In this document: one piece after another, positions 39,503 to 50,300 of the stretch
Numbering within the stretch: the stretch's first letter is position 1
How the letters are laid out: every line of letters starts with the position of its first letter
Origin: a bacterium
GTDB taxonomy: Bacteria; SZUA-182; DTGQ01; JAFGSM01
Reading direction: 5' to 3'
Length of the DNA: 62,246 nt
NCBI GenBank assembly: GCA_049472335.1
Contig: JBLIRO010000024.1
Coordinates: 1-62,246 of the forward strand
Notes under the pieces: model-generated
Seen by the model: only the letters and a program-made list of their open reading frames with translations
Databases searched by the model: none
What the model was told of the DNA's origin: nothing
Position numbers and translations under genes: made by a program

Positions 39503-39970
39503 CTATTAAAACCGATTTAAAAATGCAAAATGAAAAATAAAAAATGAAAATTGAAAATGGTTTAAAATCCTAGGGGGAAAATTTGTATTTTTAACGTCTA
39601 TTCAATTATGGGAAATTATTATATTATTTTTTTAGGATAATAATAATAATTCTGTTATAATTTAATAAGATACAATTGTGCTGGAGGTGATATGATTTTA
39701 TCTCTAATTGGCTAACATTGTTTAATACTAAATTTAATACCAAAATAGGGGTTACCATCTTTTTTTGCACTTCTTTTTTAACCCTCAAAAAAATCCTTTA
39801 TTACTCGCTCAAGTTGTGTTTTTGATTTAATTTTATCAAGGTACATCTAAAGTCTTCATCGTCGCTTAAGATGTGAATTGTACCATGATTTTTTCTCAAT
39901 TTGAGCGGTTTCGATAGATTTGGGGCGTTCCTTTTAAATTTTATATTTTCTCACTGAAAGGAGGAGCTTA

Positions 39971-42900
39971 ATGAAAAGGAAACTCTGTATTATCGCCCTA
40001 TCTATTTTGGTAGTTTGTCATCTTTTTGCTGTCAATGCCATGGCAAATGACAGCTGGGCTCTACAGATCTTCGCAGCAGGGCAATGGGGAGACGTAAGCA
40101 ATGTAACTATAGGTGTTGATCCAAATAGCGTAACCTGGCCCTATCCACCATTCCCTCCACCAGATTTTTCAGCAATAATAACGACCGAAGGTTGTTTCGA
40201 CATGGGGTGTCTTGTTGACCTCAGGCCCCCGGGGGCTGAACAAGAGGTTTGGATTCTAAAGATTATGGTGGGAGGGCCGATATATGGAGGATCTGCCGAT
40301 GCAAGCCTGCCCGGCTTTTTTCCTGTATTATTCTGGGATCCCAATTTAATAAGGCCTTGGCATAGTACGGAGCTTCGATTATGGGATGCGAACGGGCCGG
40401 TTATTGCGGATATGAGTAAATCCGACACCTACCAGACATCAAAAGCAGATGCGGTGGAATATCTTCCGGAGCTAAGTTACGCCACCTTCACATATGCTGT
40501 CGTTTTTAAGACAGCCCCCCCCACTCAAACATACTGTCTTGATGCGGATGGAGACGCCTATGGCGATCCGGCTGATTCGGTTATGACAGAACTACCACCT
40601 CCGGGTTATGTTTTGGATTGCTCAGATTGTGATGACTCTGATCCTGCAATCAATCCGGGCATTCAGGAGATCTGCGATGGTCTGGATAATAATTGTGACG
40701 GTACAGTAGATGAAGGATGTCAGGTTGAAAGCTGGTGGATGCCTATCATAGCAAACGGACAGTTCGGTTTTAAAAGCATTGTCTGGATAGGTGTAGATCC
40801 CGATAGCGGAGCATACCCCGCTCCACCACATCCTCCGGAATTTACTGTCTTGATGAAGATCTTAGGATGCTTTGACGGGTGTTTGGAGGACATAAGACCG
40901 CCTGGATCTGAACAGGAGGTATGGTATCTAAGCATTATGGTGGCAGGTCCGATGTTTGGAGGGTCTGCCGACGCGAGCCAGCCGGGCTTTTTTCCTGTGT
41001 TATCCTGGGATCCCAATGCAATAAGACCCTGGCATAGTCTGGAGCTTCGGTTATGGGATGCGAATGGTCCACTTCTTGCTGACATGAGGATATCGGACAC
41101 ATACCAGACCACGGAACTGGATGCGGAGGAATTCCTACCTGAGCTTGATTACGCCACCTTTACATATGTCGTTGTATTTAAGACAACCCCCTCACCCTGC
41201 CTGGACGAAGATAAGGATGGTTTTACCACCTGTGATGGTGACTGTGATGACTCTGATCCCGCTATTAATCCAATGGCTAAAGAGATCTGTGACTTCAAGG
41301 ATAACGATTGTGATGGCATGATTGATGAAGGTTTTGATGTGGATAAGGACGGATTTACTACCTGCGGTGGTGACTGTGATGACTCTGATCCTGCCATCAA
41401 TCCGGATGCAAAGGAGATCTGTGATGGTTTGGACAATGACTGTGACGGTATAGTGGATGAAGGATGTCAGGTTGAAAGCTGGTGGATGGATATTGTAGCC
41501 ATCGGGCAGGCTGGGGACATAAACAGTGTCTTGATTGGTATAGATTTAGACAGCATAAGCATCCCCTATCCGCCAGCCCCTCCACCGGGTTTTACCGTAA
41601 TGCTATCGACCGAATGTGTCTTTGGCGGTCAGTGCAGTGTAGACATCAGGCCACCCGGAGCAGAACAAGAGGTATGGTATTTAAATATTATGGTGGGAGG
41701 CATTATATTTGGAGGGTCTGCTGATGCAAGCCTGCCGGGCTTTTTCCCTGTGTTATTCTGGGACCCCAATGTAATAAGGCCTGGACAGAGTATGGAGCTT
41801 CGGTTATGGGACGCCAATGGTCCGGTTCTTGCGGATATGAAGGCATCGGACACCTATCAGACCTCGGAAAAAGATGCGGAGGTATATATCCCCGAACTTG
41901 ATTTTGCCACCTTCAGATATGCCGTGGTATTTAAGGCAACTCCTGTAGTCTGTCGGGACGATGACAAAGACGGGTTTACAACCTGTGAGGGTGACTGTGA
42001 CGACTCTGATCCTACCGTCAACCCGATGGCTAAAGAGATCTGCGATTTCAAGGATAATGACTGTGACGGTATGATTGATGAAGGTTTTGATGCGGATAAA
42101 GATGGATTTACAACCTGCGGTGGTGACTGTGATGACTTTGATCCTAAAATCAATCCTAAGGCCAAAGAGATCTGCGACTTCAAGGACAATGACTGTGATG
42201 GTATGATTGATGAAGGTTTTGATGCGGATAAAGACGGGTTTACAACCTGTGGCGGTGACTGCGATGACTCTAATCCTAAAATCAATCCTAAGGCCAAAGA
42301 GGTCTGTAACGGTATTGACGATAACTGTGACGGCAAATTAGGCCCTGACGAGATAGATGCCGACGGGGATGGGTACATGATCTGTGCCGGCGACTGTGAC
42401 GACACAGACCCGTTCGCATATCCGGGTAATGGCAAGGATACCTATGTTACATATCAAGGGGACTCTGCCTTCAAGGTAAATGATTATACCATGGACCCAC
42501 CAACAGCAGATGTTCAGTTTACCGCCTTATTTACCGATTCTGATTCAAAGGTAATTGCGAATTGGAAGTCTGCTGGTCTTTTTGTTCAAGATATGGAAAA
42601 TAACTTTGTCTATTCATCACTTGATATTACGGATTCCTCTGGAACCGTAAAGGTTGATATTAAGGATCTGCCGGTTGGCATCTATTATGTTACTATCAAA
42701 TTATATGGAGATTATTGCCGCTACAATGACTCCGGAATGAATAAATCGATAGTCGTCTATGATCCAAAAGGCGGATCTGCAGCAGGCGGTGGTTTGGTTG
42801 ATGCTGATGATGAGGTTAACGGAGTATCCGGTCTGGCGGAATTCAGTATAAATGCCAGATATGCACGAGATGGATCCATGGGCAGCCTTACATATCAATT

Positions 42901-43165
42901 TATCATGGAAGATCTGGACCTGCGTAGCAATAAAATTGATTGGCTGGTCATTATTGGTCACTACGCATACCTGCAAGGTCATGGAAAGGTCAACGGCACA
43001 GAAGGGTATTTCTTCCGCGCTATCGTTAAGGACCTTGGAACCCCGGGTATCGGTGTGGACGAATTCAATATCAAAATCTGGGATGGCGATCCTGATGATT
43101 GGGATTCCAAATTAATCCATGGCTCTAAAAATGTCGTAGCTAAAGGTAATATCCTTGTCCAGTAA
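39971..43165 (+). CDS. Secreted MopE-like repeat protein with three copies of an unrecognised ~155-aa domain
   Basis: Signal peptide; 3x ADASxPGFFPVLxWDPN..ELRLWDANGP; six full and one partial DCDDxDP..EICDxxDNxCDG repeats; C-terminal YDPKGGSAAGGG domain. Confidence 0.88.
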   Translation: MKRKLCIIALSILVVCHLFAVNAMANDSWALQIFAAGQWGDVSNVTIGVDPNSVTWPYPPFPPPDFSAIITTEGCFDMGCLVDLRPPGAEQEVWILKIMVGGPIYGGSADASLPGFFPVLFWDPNLIRPWHSTELRLWDANGPVIADMSKSDTYQTSKADAVEYLPELSYATFTYAVVFKTAPPTQTYCLDADGDAYGDPADSVMTELPPPGYVLDCSDCDDSDPAINPGIQEICDGLDNNCDGTVDEGCQVESWWMPIIANGQFGFKSIVWIGVDPDSGAYPAPPHPPEFTVLMKILGCFDGCLEDIRPPGSEQEVWYLSIMVAGPMFGGSADASQPGFFPVLSWDPNAIRPWHSLELRLWDANGPLLADMRISDTYQTTELDAEEFLPELDYATFTYVVVFKTTPSPCLDEDKDGFTTCDGDCDDSDPAINPMAKEICDFKDNDCDGMIDEGFDVDKDGFTTCGGDCDDSDPAINPDAKEICDGLDNDCDGIVDEGCQVESWWMDIVAIGQAGDINSVLIGIDLDSISIPYPPAPPPGFTVMLSTECVFGGQCSVDIRPPGAEQEVWYLNIMVGGIIFGGSADASLPGFFPVLFWDPNVIRPGQSMELRLWDANGPVLADMKASDTYQTSEKDAEVYIPELDFATFRYAVVFKATPVVCRDDDKDGFTTCEGDCDDSDPTVNPMAKEICDFKDNDCDGMIDEGFDADKDGFTTCGGDCDDFDPKINPKAKEICDFKDNDCDGMIDEGFDADKDGFTTCGGDCDDSNPKINPKAKEVCNGIDDNCDGKLGPDEIDADGDGYMICAGDCDDTDPFAYPGNGKDTYVTYQGDSAFKVNDYTMDPPTADVQFTALFTDSDSKVIANWKSAGLFVQDMENNFVYSSLDITDSSGTVKVDIKDLPVGIYYVTIKLYGDYCRYNDSGMNKSIVVYDPKGGSAAGGGLVDADDEVNGVSGLAEFSINARYARDGSMGSLTYQFIMEDLDLRSNKIDWLVIIGHYAYLQGHGKVNGTEGYFFRAIVKDLGTPGIGVDEFNIKIWDGDPDDWDSKLIHGSKNVVAKGNILVQ

Positions 43166-43189
43166 TTAATTAAGGAAGGTAAGTAAAAA

Positions 43190-43238
43190 GGGCAAGCTTT
43201 CTTTTATTATTTAAATAATATAAACAGAAAGCTTGCCC
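43190..43238 (+). terminator. Hairpin downstream of the MopE-repeat gene
   Basis: GGGCAAGCTTTCT ... AGAAAGCTTGCCC. Confidence 0.6.
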
Positions 43239-43577
43239 AAATCTTATAAGCATCGGCCCAGGAAATTGCATGGATAAAAATATTTTCGGAGTAATTATTT
43301 CAAATTCTTATGCTGATTACGGATCGTTTTATTATCTTCTGATCTCATCTTTTATGGCAACGATTACATAATTCATGTTTTCATAGAGTTCTTCAATCCT
43401 TCAATTTCATAAGTGATTTAGAGGCTTGTTTACGAAAAAAAATTATAATTTTTTCTTTTTTGTATGGTTTTTTTGGTTGACATTTGTATCGAATAGGGTT
43501 AAGGTTATCTATATATTGTTATCGGACCACAGGAAGTTTGTTCATTCTAATATTCTAACTGACAGGAGATAATCTTG

Positions 43578-43790
43578 ATGAAAGAAATCATTTTTATAAT
43601 AGAAGAGGACCCCGAAGGCGGATATAATGCCCAGGATTTGGGATACTCAATCTTCACTGAGGGGGAGACAACCGAAGAGTTAAAAAATAATATAAATGAG
43701 GCGCTCCGCTGCCATTTTGATAAAGAAGAAGATATTCCCAAGATAGTAAGACTTCATTTCGTCAGGGAAGCACTGTTAAATCATGTATAA
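43578..43790 (+). CDS. HicB-like small protein, no partner toxin visible
   Basis: EEDPEGGYNAQDLGYSIFTEGETTEELKNNINEALRCHF; CAGGAG RBS. Confidence 0.75.
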   Translation: MKEIIFIIEEDPEGGYNAQDLGYSIFTEGETTEELKNNINEALRCHFDKEEDIPKIVRLHFVREALLNHV

Positions 43791-44086
43791 GAAACCTGAA
43801 AAACAGGGATGATTTAATTACTGCGCATGAAGGATTAACAAAATGGGTTTGTATAGCAGAGATTATATGAAGGAACAGTCAAAACCTAATCCTGTAAAGG
43901 ATTCATCCACTGAGATATCCCTGTGGAAACGTCTTCTTTTCCGGTTTTGGCTGCTATTCCATCCCAGGTATTGGGAAAAAATGTGAATCGCAAAATACAA
44001 ATTTCAATTGTTATAGATAATTTTTAAAATTTATATTTTTGTATTTCTGAATTTTTATCTTATATTTTACAAGTTTACGCTTATTG

Positions 44087-44120
44087 GCAGGAAGCCCTCT
44101 ATGAGGGCTTCCTGCTTTTT
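44087..44120. terminator. Intrinsic terminator hairpin
   Basis: GCAGGAAGCCCTC-TAT-GAGGGCTTCCTGC-TTTTT. Confidence 0.75.
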
Positions 44121-44210
44121 AAGCTGGTAAGCATCGGTCCTGCTTACTAATCATAAACAACAATCAGGCTATTATTAAAATAATAATAAGGCCTAAAAAC
44201 ATTCAGCCAT

Positions 44211-46589
44211 CTATTCACCAAAAGTGCTCAGGGTCTCCAGTATATCAACCTCCTGTTGCATCGTATCATCGGCAATGGCAGCCATTTCAACCTCAAAATA
44301 ATCCTTGAATTCAGCAAATAATTGCTTATATTCTTCAGAGACATTCAGTGTAACGGATTGACGTTCCCATTCCCCTAACTCAAATTTGAAAGGACGAGGG
44401 CAAGTGGGCCAAAAACAGCTACAGGGCGGCACCAGGCAAGGCAAATATATACATGGTGGTCCATAATCGTAAAATATAGTATGTCCGGGGGGGGCATTAT
44501 CCTTTAAGCTCTTGCGCTCATCAGTGATCCAGTTCTTTATCATATTCGCATAGCGGGACAGCAAAACTGCCTTCCTTATTCCCCTGTTCTCAAAATATTC
44601 CGGCTCATGTTCCTCAAAAGGAATGACCTTGCTGTTTTGATATTCATTTCCCTCTCTGTCCTCATAGGAGACGGTTAGGGTCAGTTGGGCATCATTGGAA
44701 AGCTTATTGAGTTTCAGAAGAACCATTCCCCCCTTGGTCCCTGTTTCATCGGTTTTTGTGGGAAACAGGGTATTTACCGTCATAATCTTGCCGGTTGCTT
44801 CATCTGCTTCCGGAGATCCATAGACCTTTTCAATCTTACATCCTGTTGCATCAAGCTCCAATCTCAGGCCGAACAACAAAGGTGTTACCATGTATTCAAA
44901 TTCTTCGACCATCCTACCCCTAAATTGTGCTGAAGAGTGTACGGAATAGTAATTGGCCCCCCTGATCTTTGTAATCAGCTCAATCAGCTCGGTATTGAAA
45001 TCCACCCCAATACCTATAAAAGTACTGAAAACCATATTGTCAGCATTCCCCCTGGTCATGCCCAGCAGACTCTTATCACTTGTCTGTCCGGTATTGGGCA
45101 TGGCATCAGTCAAAAATATAATACGATTCTCATATACGGTGGGGTCCTCATCCAGAAATTCATCAAACATCTCAGTGGCTATATTCATACCAGCTTCCAT
45201 ATTGGTGCTGCCCCTGTCTCCGATATCCAGTATATGCTCCTTTATGGCATCCATATCTGTTTCTGAGACCAGCCTAAGCGGTTTTGCCAAATAACCCACA
45301 GTTTCGAAAAGGACCATTCCAAACCGGTCATCGCCTCTGAGATGATCGAGAAGATCCACAATGGTCTCTGTTGCAATAGTGATCTTTCTCTTTCCTATAT
45401 CACTGTCTTCGATGGATTGCTGATTCCCGAATTGGTCATAGTAATATTGATTAAAGGCTGAACCCATTGAGCCTGAGATATCCAGAACAATGACTAGGTT
45501 CAGCCTCTTTCTCTGGAAATCCTCCTTTTTGATCCCTGAATTCAAACCAACAGACAAGAAATATTCAGTATCTTCGGAAAACGGCTCCATGGTTTGCGCT
45601 GCACAATAGGAAGGACAGAATTTTTCCAGACATTCCTCCTGTTGTCCGGTATCGAAAAAATAATCATAAAACAATCCCTCAAAGGTAATATCCGTGGAGA
45701 TCGGCAAGTAGTCATTTTTGATGTTCTCCCGGAAATTGTTGACATCCTTTGCGCCGCCTGTGGAATATCCGATATAGGATGATGAGCTGTAAGATGCGCT
45801 GGTAGGACTTGCTGCTGATGGTGAATAAGAATAAGCCATGCTGCTATAACCGCCACCATAACCACCATACAATCCACCACCACCAAGGCCGCCATAATAA
45901 ACACTACCACTTGTGTAATAGGAAGATCCGCTACTGGACCCGCTGCTGTATCCAGTACCTGTTGATGTCCCCGGATCGTACTTCCAGTCATCAACCTTTT
46001 TCCTCGTGGGTTGGGAAATGGATGGACTGGAGGAGGCAATGATTGAAAGGTTAGCCGGGTTGGTATTCAAGGAATTGGGTAAAAAATATTGGTTGTTAAA
46101 TGAATTTGTGCCGGGTTTTAATGGGTCATAAAAGCCCCATCCGTTATTAAACATATTTGACCCGCTTGACAAATAGTTGAATGTATTGGAACTTCCCGTC
46201 AGGTAATTAAATGCATTAGCCTGACCCAAAAGGTTATTGGGATAATTTAATAAACTTCCTGGATAATTGTTTGTTTGAAAATTACCCAAATAACCTATTC
46301 CATTATTAAACAGATTGTTATTAAACGTATTAAACATGGTGTTATTAAACAAATTGACAAGATCAAAAGTAGGATTTAACGACATTTGGATTGGCATTGT
46401 ATAAATTGGCATTATATAATTAGATGTGCCGGGCAAACCAGGCATCCAGTCCAGAATGGGCATGGACATCGTGTAATTAATAGAATTATTGTCACCTGTG
46501 TAAATTAGACATATGCCTTCAGAGACAGCTAATAATCCTATGCTGATCGTTAGGATCAAAAAAATAAACAAGATATCTTTTCTGTTCAT
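44211..46589 (-). CDS. Secreted von Willebrand factor A domain protein with long N/G/S/Y-rich N-terminal region
   Basis: Signal peptide; GGAKDVNNFRENI; MIDAS DISGSM; GSTNMEAG; IIFLTDA. Confidence 0.9.
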   Translation of the reverse strand: MNRKDILFIFLILTISIGLLAVSEGICLIYTGDNNSINYTMSMPILDWMPGLPGTSNYIMPIYTMPIQMSLNPTFDLVNLFNNTMFNTFNNNLFNNGIGYLGNFQTNNYPGSLLNYPNNLLGQANAFNYLTGSSNTFNYLSSGSNMFNNGWGFYDPLKPGTNSFNNQYFLPNSLNTNPANLSIIASSSPSISQPTRKKVDDWKYDPGTSTGTGYSSGSSSGSSYYTSGSVYYGGLGGGGLYGGYGGGYSSMAYSYSPSAASPTSASYSSSSYIGYSTGGAKDVNNFRENIKNDYLPISTDITFEGLFYDYFFDTGQQEECLEKFCPSYCAAQTMEPFSEDTEYFLSVGLNSGIKKEDFQRKRLNLVIVLDISGSMGSAFNQYYYDQFGNQQSIEDSDIGKRKITIATETIVDLLDHLRGDDRFGMVLFETVGYLAKPLRLVSETDMDAIKEHILDIGDRGSTNMEAGMNIATEMFDEFLDEDPTVYENRIIFLTDAMPNTGQTSDKSLLGMTRGNADNMVFSTFIGIGVDFNTELIELITKIRGANYYSVHSSAQFRGRMVEEFEYMVTPLLFGLRLELDATGCKIEKVYGSPEADEATGKIMTVNTLFPTKTDETGTKGGMVLLKLNKLSNDAQLTLTVSYEDREGNEYQNSKVIPFEEHEPEYFENRGIRKAVLLSRYANMIKNWITDERKSLKDNAPPGHTIFYDYGPPCIYLPCLVPPCSCFWPTCPRPFKFELGEWERQSVTLNVSEEYKQLFAEFKDYFEVEMAAIADDTMQQEVDILETLSTFGE

Positions 46590-46951
46590 TATAAAAATCC
46601 CTGTTTTACTTTATTACTTTGTTCTTTATTATGTGATTATGATGTAATTTGTTAAGTGAGATTTGAGTTATCTTTTTTAATTTAAATTCACGCACCTCCC
46701 TTTAAGTTGAAACTTTATACCCTCCCCTATTTTTAATAGACGAGATAAAAATCTTTTTTCCCCTGATATCTTTCAGGCAAAATCTATTTATGTAATTAAG
46801 CATGTAATTAAGAGAAGTGTAAGATATCTGTCACTTGTCCTGCCTTTATTATTATAATCAAATTATAATCAAAGCACTCAAAAAATTTAGGGGAAAAATA
46901 CATCTTTTTTACGTCTATTAGAATATTGGGGAATTTTTATTGAATCATATG

Positions 46952-47177
46952 AAAGTAAATCTTGGACCTTTTTATGCTTCATTTTTGGTTTAATGGGGCA
47001 GGAGTATATTAAAAGTAAATAAGGTTGGCAGGAGCATATTAAAAGTAAATCTTGAACTTCTTTATGCTTCATTTTTGGTTTAATGGGAGCAGGAGCATAT
47101 TAAAAGTAAATCTTGAACTTCTTTATGCTTCATTTTTGGTTTAATGGGAGCAGGAGCATATTAAAAGTAAATAAGGT
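46952..47177. repeat. Tandem ~61-bp repeat array with one 30-bp variant unit in the divergent promoter region
   Basis: Unit AAAAGTAAATCTTGAACTTCTTTATGCTTCATTTTTGGTTTAATGGGAGCAGGAGCATATT identical at 47041 and 47102, diverged at 46952; short unit 47011-47040. Confidence 0.92.
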
Positions 47178-47231
47178 TAGGTGATTATATGAGTATTTAA
47201 TTAATTTTACTGTTACAAATTTTATTCCCCC

Positions 47232-47376
47232 AAACTTGATAAGATCGTAAAAAAGTCATTAAAGGAGTCATTGGTACTTTTTGTTAAAGGCCCTTATTAA
47301 AGCCAAGCAAGTTTCAGGGCCTTCAAAAAAAATGCCCGGAGTCAACGAAACGGCTTTTTACGAATCCATCAAACTT
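47232..47376. mobile_element. MITE-like element, copy B, with 6-bp target duplication
   Basis: AAACTT|GATAAGATCGTAAAAAAG ... CTTTTTACGAATCCATC|AAACTT. Confidence 0.7.
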
Positions 47377-47391
47377 TAAGGAGTAAGAAAG

Positions 47392-50300
47392 ATGGAAAAA
47401 AATGTCGGGCTTAAATCCGACCCATACCATGTTAAAAGGTTTTTGGTGTCCGGAATTATTATCATTTTTTTTATTTTAATTCTCCTGATCGGCCTGTTCC
47501 TTTCCTCCAATATTGCCTCCGGATATGAAGCAGATTATGGAAAAATTGCCCTTTCGGATTTTATCTCCACTTATAATCAATCAGCAAGCATTATTCGGAA
47601 AGTGATTGACGGACAAATGGCCTATATTGCATATGAAGAGACTCGAACGGAGGGCGAGGAGATTTATAACATAGCAGTTGTTAATCTGCGCGATCCGATT
47701 GCTCCCGGAATAGTCTGGTCTTTGAGTTTTCCTCAACGTATTGAAGATCTGGTTCTGGAATGGCCCCTTCTTTATATTACTACAAGCTCAGGAGACATCT
47801 GGGTAGTGGATCTGAATGCACCAAACGGACCACAACTTCAGGAGCTCGAACCTTCTCAAGAAATCCAAACAAAAATACGCTTGAGACTATATGATACTTC
47901 GAATCCGTATAATACGGGTTTCTCCACATACAATTTTCCCCAATATAATACAAGCAGTTACCTCAGCAATTGGAATTACCTTGCAGGAACATCCCCATGG
48001 TCAACCGGCTTGGGATTCAGTTTTCCTCAGACCTCCCAATTTTCCTTATGGCCTCAAACGAACCTTTTTAATCAGCCCTGGAGCACATATGGCCTTACCG
48101 GTTTTCAAACGTATACGCCTCAATTAACCACCCTCTTTGGCTCCTCGACAGGCTTTTACGGCCAGTACCCGATAGGTGGTTTTTCAACAACTGGATGGCC
48201 TTATTCATCTTTAGGCCTTGGGGTAACCTCATATACCGGGATTGGAGGCATTCTTGGCATAGGGGGAGGGTATAAAATTCCTTATGTTCCCCCACAAACC
48301 TCAAAACCTTCTCAACCATCCACTACGGTCGCCAAATATCGCTCACCTGTCCCTGTCACACTATCCCTTAATAATCCTTCAGGCAGCCGGACGACAGGTG
48401 AGATCACATTGAGATTGAAGGACCTTGGAGGGAAAACGGTCAGCGAGCAGAAAGAGACGATTACCCTTGAGCCGGGCCTGGCCGATTATCCTGTTATCCT
48501 GAACAAGGTCCCCGAGAATACGGATACGAAGGATTTTGCCAAATATATCCTTTCGTATGGTTTTGAGGGCTCAGGTGTCAACCTTTCAAAACAGAAGAGC
48601 CTGTTTCAGGTGGCTGACAAAATGGAGGTGCGTATTATAGGCCCGGATTCCATGTTTGCCGGTCAGCCAACCACCCTGGGAGTTCATGCCTTCGTGCACG
48701 GCCAGCCTGTATCTTTAAAAGGGGCCAGTGTAACCATTGACCTGATCAAAGGGAACTCATCTAAACGGCTGTATGATGATACCACGGATGAGGATGGATT
48801 CGCGGAAGCCCGGCTGGACATTCCCGATACTACTGGCTCATTGAAGCTCCGCGCCAAGATAAACTCTGATCTGGGTACGGAAACCATCACGGAGGATATA
48901 GAGATCGTCAGGTTATACAAAATCCTCCTCACTACGGATAAACCCATTTACCAGCCGGGGCAGACCATACATATACGAACCCTGAGCCTGAAGAAGCCCG
49001 ACCTTCTTCCGGAAGCGAACAAAGAGATCATTATAGAGGTGGAAGATTCCAAAGGGAATAAGGTCTTCAGGGTAAATCCCGAGACCGATGATTTTGGAGT
49101 GGTGTCAGCAGACTTTTCCCTGGGCACGGATATCAATATGGGCCTTTATACCGTCAGGGCTATCCTCGAGGAAGGTGACGTATCAACCCAATCGGAAAAA
49201 AAGGTCACTGTGGAGCGTTATGTGCTTCCCAAGTTCAAGGTGGACATTGAGACCGATGCGGAATACTACTCCCCTGGCGACAATGTCCATGGGGTGGTGC
49301 ATGCCAAGTATTTCTTTGGGAAGGACCTAAGTGATGCCACGGTAACTATCGATGCATCCAAGTTTGACGTGGAGTTTGTGCTTTTTCAAACTATAACGGG
49401 ACAGACCGATACAGACGGCTTCTTTTCCTTTGACCTGGTTTTGCCCGCCTATTTTGTCGGCCTCCCTCTCGAGCAGGGTAATGCCTTTGTCAAGCTGGAT
49501 ATAAAGGTGGAGGACACAGCGGAGCACGAAGAGGCCATTGTAAGGGAACTTACTGTAACCAAAGACCCTATTCTCATCAAACTGATACCTGAAAGCGGAA
49601 GCATCGTTCCGGGAGTTGAAAATATCCTGTACATTATTACAACCGACCCAAAGGGCCAGGGCCTTGCTACCTCGAATCTTATCAATTTCAACGGACAGGC
49701 CTTTAATATGAATACGGATGATCAGGGCACGGGCAGCTTTACCGTTACCCCTGATGAAGATTCAACACTTATCTTTCAGATAACCTCCCAGGCAGATGGT
49801 CAGAGCGCCTATGTTGAGATTGACCTTTCAGATGAGATTGATCAGGCGAGAATATTGCTCCGGACGGACAGGGCCATTTACAAAGTCGGTGAAACCATGA
49901 CCATAGATCTTTCAACACCTGAGTTTATGGCAAGGCGTGTATTCGTGGACATAATCAGAGACCGCCAGACCATCCTGACCAAGGGGGTGGACATAAACAA
50001 CGGCCAGGGGCAGCTCATTGTGGATGTAAGCAATGATATGGCAGGCACCCTCCTTGTGGAGGCCTATTATATCTCTTTGGCCACGGAAACGGCTTCGGAT
50101 GTATTCCGTGACAAAAAGATCGTATATGTTAACCCTGCCCTGGATATCCTGGTGACTTCAACCACGGATAAGGACCAGTATCTTCCCGGTGAAAAGGCTG
50201 TGATCGAGTTTCAGGTTTCGCCTCCCCAGACAGCCGCCCTTGGAGTGACCATTGTTGATGAGGCTGTCTATGCCCTTCAGGAGAACCGGCCCGGACTGCT

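Noticed and set aside
43890..43975. Riboswitch or tRNA-like element in a GC-richer intergenic patch
   Set aside because: No cloverleaf or known aptamer consensus recognisable by eye; an Rfam scan would be needed
46952..47177. CRISPR array
   Set aside because: Intervening sequences are repeated rather than unique spacers; no cas genes in the window
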